DNA of 64,000 bases, taken from positions 496,001 through 560,000 of the forward strand of contig NMRA01000132.1 in assembly GCA_002633005.1 (NCBI GenBank), given 5' to 3'. The DNA comes from Phoronis australis (lineage: Eukaryota > Animalia > Phoronida). Shown one piece after another: positions 1 through 10,044 of the stretch. The notes beneath the pieces are model-generated. The model was not told the origin of the DNA and did not search any database. It worked only from the letters and a program-made list of their open reading frames with translations. Each line of letters begins with the position of its first letter. The first letter of the stretch is position 1. The position numbers were made by a program, and so were the translations under genes.

Positions 1-153
1 CTGGGCATGCTCGTTGACATATCACACGTATCTAAGAAGACCATGCTTGACTCATTAGAAACCACTAAAGCTCCGGTAATCTTCAGTCACACATCGGCGT
101 TTGCTATATGTAATCATCACCGTAATGCTGACGACGATATATTACGGAAAACG
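1..153 (+). CDS. DPEP: M19 membrane dipeptidase (DPEP-like), internal exon; gene begins upstream of the window
   Basis: Translates as [51 protein letters not shown], with the DxSH and FSH metal-binding His motifs and the RN motif of renal dipeptidases. Phase-0 donor ACG|GTAAGT at 154. Confidence 0.93.
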
Positions 154-575
154 GTAAGTAAACAGACGAACAGCAAGCAAAACACATTGTCTTGTAGAGC
201 AATTGTGCGCATCAACCCCTTAAAGGCATAATGAGGTTTCACGTAACGACGTCAGAGGGCCCCTCCTTGTAAAACTCAAAAGATTGTAATAAAGGGTGGG
301 GCGAGGTCGCACATAGGCAATTTCAAAGCGAGAATTTGATGCCCTTCAGGTAATCATCTGGAACACCTCAGCTACTTACAAATTTTAAGTTACGTAACTA
401 CCCGAGATGTTCCGGACCGGATGCTTATGTTATGACAAAAAGCTTGCCATTTTAGGACTGTTGAGGACGTTTGCTCTTTGGAAATTATAGCCGAGTTCCA
501 TCTCGTAAAATCCTAGATCTGTCAATGCTGCAATGTGTGTTTAAAACAAGCGACTCCTCATATGTGCTTTTGCAG

Positions 576-672
576 AAAGAAAATGGTGGAGTAGTTATGG
601 TGAATTTCATCGACGTCTACATAAACTGTTACCCTAACAACCAAACAACAGCTAATCTGTCACAGGTAGCAG
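576..672 (+). CDS. DPEP: DPEP-like exon
   Basis: Acceptor tttgcag; translates KENGGVVMVNFIDVYINCYPNNQTTANLSQVA(D), matching DPEP1 VMVNF...ANLSQVAD. Phase-1 donor G|GTGTGT; 97 nt keeps the frame. Confidence 0.9.
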
Positions 673-1590
673 GTGTGTACCAAAGGACATTCTTTGTTGA
701 GTTATTTTAAGGACTATATCATTAGATAAATCATTACCAAACTTAAACGTCTATAATGTCACCACACGTCATGTTCAGATGGGCGCAGAGATTTGTGCTT
801 CAATTCTTCTACATAATTCCAGCGCGAAGGATGGCAATTCTGTGTATACTGAAGAAATTTCATTACCTTTCTCCCATTGCACTTGTCAATGATGTTGTAA
901 AAGTTGGTTAAGACAAACGCTTTTTTGAAAAAACGAGGCTTGCACGGCGATCCGTAATTGTTATTGACCTGTGTGTGACCATTGCTGACATGATTTGATC
1001 ATCTTTAAGTTTCTCAATGATCTCTTGCAACCTCCCATAGAGACATTATTCATGAAAGGGACAGTGACATGATGATATAAGTATAACAAAATGTTTGTTG
1101 TTGACTGTGTAAAACCTTGTTTCAAAGCCGAACTTTGAAAGAACTTCAGCTGTTGCTCTCTGTCAGGGGTCGCTGTTTCGCAACTCTCAGGTCTGCTTTA
1201 CGTTGAGACATTTGGGTGTAGGAAACAGGGACAGTGAGGTGAGCTCCGACAGTCATGAACTTGGGGGAACAGGCAGTGCATTCTCACTAAAGCGACCAGA
1301 AAAATATACTTAATGACGACCGGGAGGCTGCGAAACCCGGCGGCGAAACTGGTATCGGGCAGGACAAGACAAGCGATGACCGTGGGGAGGAAGAAACTGG
1401 CGTCGACCGGGGTTGCGCTCATGTTTTCTTTGCATCTGTCTAAAGAATTTCCAACGTTTAGGCCCACTTGATCTTTTTGCAAGGTGTCTGGCGGCACCTC
1501 GCCGCCTCTCCTCTATGGCACCCCTCTATACAACATTGACCATTATCATGAAGTGACTGAGAAATGTCATAGCTCTTCTGCTTTTTCTAG

Positions 1591-1666
1591 ACCACATTGA
1601 TCATATTAAAACCGTTGCTGGTGCTGAAACCGTGGGTATTGGAGCAGATTATTTCGGTGGATTAGC
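1591..1666 (+). CDS. DPEP: DPEP-like exon carrying the catalytic Asp motif
   Basis: Acceptor ctttttctag; translates (D)HIDHIKTVAGAETVGIGADYFGGLA versus DPEP1 [23 protein letters not shown]. Donor GC|GTAAGT, phase 1 to 2. Confidence 0.92.
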
Positions 1667-2029
1667 GTAAGTAGGTTTACTCGATATTTACAAGAAGAAA
1701 CAAGAAGACTTTTCATACACAGAGTGATCGTGCGTGCACTTTATTCACACGCTTTCGTTCTCTTTTCCGTCTACTTCACAGCTGCTGACTTTTTGCGATT
1801 GTATGTGGGATAGCTGTCATTCAAGCAACCTTTTGGCTTGAGATGTGCTAGGTGCACGTTCTCTGTTTTCATTGGTTGGCTTCATGTGACGTCGTCATGT
1901 ATCCGCTACGACTGGTTTTTCCTCCCTTCTAACTGTTTTAGTGAATTGCGTAACGTAGAAGCACTTTTTTGGAAGTTTTAATGACTGGTAGACAATACAT
2001 TTCGTAAAATTAATGACACGGGACGCATA

Positions 2030-2128
2030 TGTGTGTGTGTGTGTGTGTTCGTTCGTGCGTGCGTGCGTGCGTGTTTGTGTTTGTGTATGTATAGAGAGAG
2101 AAGTGTAGATGTAGATGTAGATGTAGAT
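2030..2128. repeat. Compound microsatellite (GT)n/(GTGC)n/(GTAGAT)n in a DPEP intron
   Basis: Directly visible tandem units. Confidence 0.9.
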
Positions 2129-2198
2129 ACTTCTTTCATTGCGTGAGATCGAGATGATATATTACGATGTCACTCATCATTTAACATTCATTTAACAG

Positions 2199-2334
2199 CT
2201 TTCCAGAAGGATTGAAAGACGTCTCTACGTACCCGGATTTATTCGCCGAACTCGTAAGGCGAGGGTGGAGTGATGCCGATTTGAAGAAACTCGCGGGGGA
2301 AAATATCATCCGGGTATTCAAGAAAGCGGAAGAG
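2199..2334 (+). CDS. DPEP: DPEP-like exon
   Basis: Acceptor tttaacag; translates FPEGLKDVSTYPDLFAELVRRGWSDADLKKLAGENIIRVFKKAEE, a typical M19 C-terminal segment. Donor GAG|GTATGA. Confidence 0.93.
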
Positions 2335-2699
2335 GTATGAACACGTTATTTAATACAGAAAGTTCTCGAAAATGTTCAGCTTTTGTGGTAACAACGTAGC
2401 CAGAATATCCCTGTACACTACTCGGCTGTTTAAAAATCTTTACTAACTTATTCCTATAAAAAGATATTCATTTTGTCGAAGGCAAGGTTTTTCGGACACG
2501 TCACTCTTAAAGGCATCGCTTCTAAAAGTCAAATCATTCACCCATTATTTGAAAATCGCGCTCAACTGCTCCAGGTAAGCTGATAACATCAAAAGCAGTA
2601 TTTCCATTGTTTTGGGATCTGTATTTGAGATCGCAATTATTCCGAATTTCTTCCATCGTTTTTTCAACACAAGGGGTCAATTAAATACAACCAAAGTTT

Positions 2700-3165
2700 A
2701 TAAATTATCTGGATTTTCCGCAAGTTTACTTGCTGGCTCCACAGCTGGGATAAGGTGGATCACTGAAGCGAATACGGAGCTGTCCATCGCCAGAACCCCC
2801 TTCTCGTTTCAGTGCATGGTCTTTCATTTCGTTGGCATCAATCATATAATTCAAAATGAAATCTCTCGGGGTCCTTGAGAGAATCGGACATACTCTTCAA
2901 TGTTGGCTTATTTGAACACTGCTGATATCGGCATATGCTCGATTGGGATTGAGACTGACCACGAGACAAGTGATTGGCCGTTACAAGTGCATTGGACAAT
3001 TGTGGAAGATTGTGACTACATTTCGCCCTGTTTAGGTAGCTAAAAACAATAATCGAACGAGGATTCTGTTTGCATAAAATCAGTTTCTGTTTGTCTTGCG
3101 TTGCCTCAAGTTGTTCTGCAGCCAAGCATTTTGTCACAAACGTTCTCAACCACAACATCTTCATA
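2700..3165 (-). mobile_element. Highly decayed LINE reverse transcriptase remnant (approximate ends)
   Basis: Across frames: HNLPQL (like INDLP), AYADI (like YADD) and LMPTK*KTMH (like FNPxKCKxMH), in RT order. Confidence 0.4.
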
Positions 3166-3411
3166 ACACCTATATGACTTCGGACTCACATATCGCTATT
3201 GCAGTGCATTGAACCAAGAATCGTATAACTGAATGCTTAACGGTTTCTATTTTATTTTACCCATGTAGCTTAAAACTGGAGTGTTGAGGCAGGAAATATT
3301 TTTCAAAACATGTCCTGTTGAAAACCGCGTTCCATAGGCTGTTACAACAACCTTAGGCAGCTTAAAGGAAAATTTTCTTCCGTTTCGTAATGTGAACATC
3401 GTTCCTTTCAG

Positions 3412-3504
3412 GTGTCAGCGCGCTTGAAGGAGGATTATGACCCTGATGACGCACTTATTGAGACTTCCCGAATCCCTGATGCAACATGTCGCCCAGATTT
3501 CTAA
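3412..3504 (+). CDS. DPEP: DPEP-like terminal coding exon
   Basis: Acceptor ttcctttcag, phase 0; translates VSARLKEDYDPDDALIETSRIPDATCRPDF*. It contains the conserved C-terminal CR and is followed by AATAAA. Confidence 0.8.
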   Translation: MSARLKEDYDPDDALIETSRIPDATCRPDF

Positions 3505-3517
3505 GCAGCCTGTCTTC

Positions 3518-3523
3518 AATAAA
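3518..3523 (+). promoter_or_regulatory. Candidate polyadenylation signal of the DPEP-like gene
   Basis: AATAAA starting 14 nt after the TAA stop. Confidence 0.55.
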
Positions 3524-4221
3524 TCTTGTAAATGGAGCTACGAAAACGTGTTTTATTCGATATGTAAAGCCAAGTCAGGGGGAAATCCCGTCTATTACGT
3601 ATGACTGGGTCTCGCTGGATCACGCCTTTGGAGCAGCATTTGTCCCGTCTGTTAGACTTTGTAGTTGCCCTAGTGCACGATTCCGAGGTATTTTGTCCCT
3701 TTTTACACTAAAGTGGTCATATATCCGTCCTCTTGAAACCCATTGTTTAAAGCCGCGTGCAGCATTCTCTATTGCTTGGGTTGTTGGGGTAGAACTTCTT
3801 TCTTTGGATTTGGATTTGATACGGCGAGTTAGATTTCCCAATAACACAAAATGAAACCGGGGGCCGAATGGATTTGACTGATTACTTTAACGGGAAGATT
3901 CATCGACTTGATTTATTACAATTGGACGATTGCGATTTCGACTTGACCTAATTAGCGCTGCATAACAGGGTGATTCCGCTGCATGTTGCCATAATTCAGA
4001 GAACATTATCTTCACTAACACCGGGTTCACATGCTGGCTAAAACGCGAGCGCTTTCGCTAGTACTTTCGGTAAACACAAAAACGCTCCCATGGACGTCTT
4101 TTCGGAACAAAGTCGAAACAGCGCTCAGGGCGGTTTTTCGGGAACAAATAGCGACTTAAAAAACATTATTGTCGCCTAGGACGCTTTATCTGAAATTTCA
4201 GTCCGTTATTTGCGGTGTAAA

Positions 4222-4624
4222 CCAGGGCCCGGTCTCCAATCTTTTTATTCGAAATGGAAATTAGGTTTGGCATTTTCTACTCTACTTTTGGGCGAACTCA
4301 AGATAAGTGTCTATTATTCTATGCTCGAGTACACAATAGCTTACGTAGACAATTTATTGCCCTTAGTTCACAGTTTGTAAACCCAATATTAAAGCAATAA
4401 GTTTGAGTTTGAACTCGAAATTTCGAGTTTTTACTCGAGTTTGTAGCACGAATATAAGGGTCTTCAAGGGCAAACTTCAACTAGAAACTCCTATGCATAA
4501 ACTATAATGTATTCGAGCACAGTCTGATAACCAATTATCTTAAGTTCGCGCAAACGGAGCAGAGAAATTGCCAAAAATATTTTCGAGTTCGTTTCGAGTA
4601 CAAAGATTAGAGACCGGGCCCTGG
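4222..4624. mobile_element. Harbinger/PIF-like MITE
   Basis: TIRs CCAGGGCCCGGTCTC(C/T)AATCTTT, internally palindromic, with CWG-type flanks. Partial copy at 6898-7216; relatives at about 8930-9335 and 33830-33925. Confidence 0.75.
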
Positions 4625-5179
4625 AGCTAGTGACATCTTTGCCGATGCGAAATGCCCAGAAATCCAGTTCGCTGATTTCTATGGCTTACTTAAAAATAAC
4701 ACCAAAATAAGTTTAATTTGGATGTTTTTGCGTAGTAACATAACCTTGTGGAGAAAGGACTTTATCAGAGAATCTTTAACACGTGCGGTTGCTCTACAAA
4801 CCTATCTGCAGAACGACGGAAAGTAGCGACATTGTTTTCACACCAGTTTTTAAATGAGACGTCATTGACTATTGTCACAGGACTTATCTGCAGTAATCCC
4901 AGGAAGCAAGTTTTAGTCATGTGTAACACGTCGCAGCGACTCAGTGGTCTCTTGGACGGTGTCGTACGATCCCTGTGCTTCAATGTCTAACAACATACAT
5001 GAATTTGTCGCAGTCTTTATTGTCTGACACCTTATTCGGAACCTTTGAAACATGAACGCACACCCAAATTTCTTGAACAGTTACCAGCTAGGCTAACCAA
5101 ACGAGAACCATTGTATGGTGTTCAATCCTAATGTTGGCATTGGGATGACAACCATGCATAAGTTTTAAGAATGGTCTAT

Positions 5180-5641
5180 GCTGTTCCGGATGTCGTAGTG
5201 TTGGAGTTTGTAGAGTAGCTGCACGTCCGGTACATTGTCGAAAGCTGTACTGAAATCAAGGAGAAAGGCGTCGAACGGATTACCATGATCAAGTGCCTTA
5301 GAGAAGTTGATGCACGGTCAGAATCAGCTTGGTCTCTCCTCTTTCCGAACCCGTGTTCAGTGGTGTCGAGCATGTTGTAATCTTCCAAAAACTTGATGGC
5401 ATGATGGTGGACTATATGCCGTATGATTTTTGTTGCAGCAGAAGCCCATGAGGTCCGGGTTGGTAGTTGTATGGACGGCTCTTGTCTCCTGTCTTGAACA
5501 AGGATGTACCCAATGTTTTTTCGAATTGTCAAGTAATGTTTGTTATTTCAATGATGAAGGAAAACGAGGCTGAGAACTGGAGCTAATTCTGTTGCTGTTC
5601 CTTTCGTAAACATGCCAGGGATGTCGTCCGGTCTGGTTGCT
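5180..5641 (-). mobile_element. CR1/L2-like LINE RT fragment (frameshifted)
   Basis: Peptides ATRPDDIPGMFTKGTATELAPVLSLVF, TTEHGF (like QHGF) and FDAFLLDFSTAFDNVPD (like LDFSKAFDKVPH). Confidence 0.85.
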
Positions 5642-6102
5642 NACTGACCACGAGACAAGTGATTGGCCATTACAAGTGCGTTGGACAATTGTGGAAGCTT
5701 GTGACTACATTTCGCCCTGTTTAGGTAGCTAAAAACAATAATCGAACGAGGATTCTGTTTGCAAAAAATCAGTTTCTGTTGGTCTTGCGTTGCCTCAAGT
5801 TGTTCTGCAGCCAAGCGTTTTGTCACAAACGTTCTCAACCACAACATCTTCATAACACCTATATCACTTCGGACTCACATATCGCTATTGCAGTGCATTG
5901 AACCAAGAATCGTGTAACTGAATGCTTAACGGTTTCTATTTTATCTTACAGATGTAGCTTAAAACTGGAGTATTGAGGCAGGAAATTTTTTTTTCAAAAC
6001 ATGTCCTGTTGAAAACCGCGTACCATAGGCTGTTACAACAACCTTAGGCAGCTTAAATGCAAATTTTCCTTCGTTTCGTAATGTGAACATCGTTCCTTTC
6101 AG

Positions 6103-6195
6103 GTGTCAGCGCGCTTGAAGGAGCATTATGACCCTGATGACGCACTTATTGAGACTTCCCGAATCCCTGATGCAACATGTCGCCCGGATTTCTAA
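6103..6195 (+). other. DPEP: Second copy of the DPEP terminal exon (D to H variant) inside the duplication
   Basis: VSARLKEHYDPDDALIETSRIPDATCRPDF* with an intact acceptor and a downstream AATAAA. Confidence 0.75.
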
Positions 6196-7465
6196 GCAGC
6201 CTGGCTTCAATAAATCTTGTAAATGGAACTACGAAAACGTGTTTTATTCGATATGTAAAGCCAAGTCAGGGGGAAATCCCGTCTATTACGTATGACTGAG
6301 TCTCGCTGGATCACGCCTTTGGAGCAGCATTTGTCCCGTCTGTTAAACTTTGTAGTTGCCCAGCTAGAGCACGATCCCGAGGTATTTCGTCCCTTTTTAC
6401 TCTAAAGTGGTCATATATCCGTCCTCTTGAAACCCATTGTTTAAAGCCGCGTGCAGCATTCTCTATTGCTTGGGTTGTTGGGGTAGAACTTCTTTCTCTG
6501 GATTTGATACGGCGAGTTAGATTTCCCAATAACACAAAATGAAACCGGTGGCCGAATGGATTTGACTGATTACTTTAACGGGAAGATTCACCGACTTGAT
6601 TTATTCCAATTGGACGATTGCGATTTCGACTTGACCTAATTAGCGCTGCATAACAGGGTGATTCCATTGCATGTTGCCATAATTGAGAGAACATTATCTT
6701 CACTAACACCGGGTTCACATGCTGGCTAAAACGCGAGCGCGTTCGCTAGTACTTTCAGTAAACACAAAAACGCTCCCATGGAACAAAGTCGAAACAGCGC
6801 TCAGGGCGGTTTTTCGGGAACAAATAGCGACTTAAAAAACATTATTGTCGCCTAGGACGCTTTATCTAAAATTTCAGTCCGTTATTTGCGGTGTAAACCA
6901 GGGCCCGGTCTCCAATCTTTTTATTCGAAATGGAACTCGAAATTAGGTTTGGCATTTTCTACTCTACTTTTGAGCGAACTCAAGATAAGTGTCTATTATT
7001 CTATGCTCGAGTACACAATAACTTGCGTAGATAATTTATTGCCCTTAGTTCACAGCTTGTAAACCCAATATTAAAGCAATAAGTTCGAGTTTGAACTCGA
7101 AATTTCGAGTTTTTACTCGAGTTTGTAGCACGAATATAAGGGTCTTCAAGGGCAAACTTGAACTAGAAACTCCTATGCATAAACTATAATGTATTCGAGC
7201 ACAGTCTGATAACCAANCGCAGCGACTCAGTGGTCTCTTGGACGGTGTCGTACGATCCCTGTGCTTCAATGTCTAACAACAGACATGAATTTGTCGCAGT
7301 CTTTATTGTCTGACACCTTATTCGGAACCTTTGAAACATGAACGCACACCCAAATTTCTTGAACAGTTACCAGCTAGGCTAACCAAACGAGAACCATTGT
7401 ATGGTGTTCAATCCTAATGTTGGCATTGGGATGACAACCATGCATAAGTTTTAAGAATGGTCTAT

Positions 7466-8073
7466 GCTGTTCCGGATGTCGTAGTGTTGGAGTTTGTAGA
7501 GTAGCCGCACGTGCGGTACATTGTCGAAAGCTGTACTGAAATCAAGGAGAAAGGCGTCGAACGGATTACCATGATCAAGTGCCTTAGAGAAGTTGATGCA
7601 CGGTCAGAATCAGCTTGGTCTCTCCTCTTTCCGAAACCGTGTTCAGTGGTGTCGAGCATGTTGTAATCTTCCAGAAACTTGATGGCATGATGGTGGACTA
7701 TATGCCGTATGATTTTTGTTGCAGCAGAAGCCCATGAGGTCCGGGTTGGTAGTTGTATGGACGGCTCTTGTCTCCTGTCTTGAACAAGGATGTACCCAAT
7801 GTTTTTTCGAATTGTCAAGTAATGTTTGTTATTTCAATGATGAAGGAAAACGAGGCTGAGAACTGGAGCTAATTCTGTTGCTGTTCCTTTCGTAAACATG
7901 CCAGGGATGTCGTCCGGTCTGGTTGCTCTGCTGGGTCCTTGATATTGTTGAGGCGATGTGTCGATGTTGAACCCCCTCAATGCTAATGATGTTAGGAATG
8001 GGGCAAACCCTAGGTCAAGAGAGATGCCCTTGTTGTCGCGAGTGGAAATTGTGGGGAAGCGATTGCTAAGGTT
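7466..8073 (-). mobile_element. CR1/L2-like LINE RT fragment; second copy, extends further 5'
   Basis: Same motifs as 5180-5641, plus the upstream pre-RT segment NLSNRFPTISTRDNKGISLDLG. Confidence 0.85.
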
Positions 8074-8159
8074 ATGTGGAACCCATAATTACAATTGTGC
8101 ATATTTAGCAAATCATCTACAACAGTATAGATATTATCTCAGTAAATGTACATTATCTT

Positions 8160-8430
8160 GACATGTAAATCTTTATCCATCCAAGAAAGTTCATTTTCAT
8201 TAAAATCAAATCTGTTCAACTTCTAAAAATCCTTTAAGCCCTCGAGAGCGACCCGCCGTTCTAATCGTCCATCCATTTCTCAAGAAGGGAGCGGCCTTGA
8301 TGATCCCGAGGGCTCAAGGGTTTTTAGTAAGTATCATAGTCCAGTTGAGCAGATATAATTTATTTGGTTAAAAAGTATATCGTACTTCCTGGACGTGCAA
8401 AGTGTGTAGAATCTGATTTTGGCATGATGT
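8160..8430. repeat. Degenerate fold-back (palindromic) element
   Basis: AAAATCCTTTAAGCCCTCGAGA pairs with TCCCGAGGGCTCAAGGGTTTT; the outer arms are also imperfectly complementary. Confidence 0.55.
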
Positions 8431-8929
8431 CAATTCACCATTAATCAGTGGGTCGTGTACTTCTGACGTTTCACTCAACAACAATCATTCTTACTCCACG
8501 TCTTCTGTTGTCGTACGTGTGCGGAGAAAATCGAAATCCACTGCCGTCTGGGGCGCTTTCCGTGGACACAAGACACTCGCAATTGAAGCTAATGTTATCA
8601 CGTACTTCGCTTGTAATGCAAGAACACTTGTGTGATCCAAATTTTCTCGCATATTTGCTTTGCAGAACGCAGTCTCATGCTAGTTTTGAATGCTTCATCT
8701 ACGTGTACGCGTGCGCCTTTTGTGTGCTGGCACCTTTGTTGATTTGCCCAACTTTAAAAAAGCGCTGAACCATCTGCTAAATATGCTCTGATCTGGTATT
8801 CGCTGACTTCCGTTGCCTTGGATGGATAGTAGGAACTGGATGTCTGTCGTGACAAACCATCATCTGGATGGTGGTAGATACGTGCTGTGAACGGTGAAGA
8901 GACAGCTTTTCATTATTGCATTATACACA

Positions 8930-9335
8930 CCAGGTTGCGAACTCTAATTTTAGTTCTGGGAATGAATTTTGACAACTTGTGTCCTCCTTCAATACCAGGT
9001 CAAGATAAGTTGCTATTGTTCTATGCTTGAGTACATTATGGATCACGCAGGTAAGTTTTTAAGTCCAAATTCGGACTTGATGACCCCTAGATTTGACCCA
9101 TGAACTCAAGTGAAAACTCGAGATTTTGAGTAAAAACCTGAAAATTCAAGTTCGGACTCTAACTCACGTCTTTATGCTTGGTTACCAAGTGCAAAATAAC
9201 TTTAGACAGTCGTCCACATAAATCATAACATACTCGTGCACAGAATCATAGACACTTATTTTGAGTTTGCAATAAAGTAGAACTTACAGAAAAAGTCAAA
9301 AATAAATTTCGAGATCTAGATTATACCCCGGGCCC
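8930..9335. mobile_element. Diverged MITE related to 4222-4624
   Basis: Shares CAAGATAAGT..CTATTgTTCTATGCTtGAGTACA and has a CCGGGCCC end. Confidence 0.55.
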
Positions 9336-9788
9336 ATTAGACATGTGTGATAATTAGGAACTTTATAGAATTTCCAATTATAACCAAAATTATAGTTAAT
9401 GGTGTTCGACTCAAACACCTTTGATTTGTCACAATTAACAACGTAAGTCGCCCAAAATATCACTATTCTATCAATAAAAGATTGCTGTTGGTTACCGTAC
9501 CACATTTTGTTAGAGTTACTTTCATCGTGAAAAATATGTGAAACATTAAGTGAAAATACAATGCTTTTTTGAGTAGTCTACGTATTTACCAGTGTTGCAG
9601 GTCTTATCGCGTTTGCGGAGATGTAACAAAAACATTACATTTTGACCGACATTGTGACGCCATCGGAACACACGGCCCACAACGCCTGGGTTTGCATGTT
9701 TTCGCGACCTCATTTACTGATTGATTAGTTTAATGGTTATGCCGGAACTCACCATTGTCCTTGGAAGATTAGGCCAAACCTCGCATTC

Positions 9789-10044
9789 TCAAACGCTCAA
9801 CACCTTTGTTCTTTCTGGCGCTAGATGTCCTTGCTGAAGTTGTAACCTCTTAGACTGTTCCGCTACTTCTTTGTCTGGAGTGCCGTAAAACGGTGGAAAC
9901 ATCTTCGAGTCATAACCCAATTGTTTCAGCATTGGTGCCAATTGGTCAATGTCTTTTTTTACGTCATCAGGGAAGTGCTCCACCCACTTGATAAGTGCGC
10001 CAACATTCACTGGTTTATTAACTTGGTCCGTTGACAATTCCCTT
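9789..10044 (-). CDS. TPST: Protein-tyrosine sulfotransferase, last coding exon
   Basis: Acceptor TTTATTTTTAG; translates (K)RELSTDQVNKPVNVGALIKWVEHFPDDVKKDIDQLAPMLKQLGYD...VLSV*, matching TPST1 STDQVIKPVNVGALSKWV...APMLAKLGYD. Phase 2 matches the upstream exon. Confidence 0.95.

Larger units (their letters stand above)
2954..7927 (+). repeat. Near-identical tandem duplication (2954-5641 and 5643-7927) joined at a single N; probable uncollapsed haplotype
   Basis: Collinear copies with scattered SNPs and indels. The junction is exactly N5642, and a second N at 7217 replaces about 400 nt of copy 1. Confidence 0.9.

Noticed and set aside
3620-3854. 122-aa plus-strand and 75-aa minus-strand ORFs after the DPEP stop
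   Set aside because: The plus ORF is out of frame with DPEP and runs past the polyA signal; the minus ORF is at most a faint LINE remnant.
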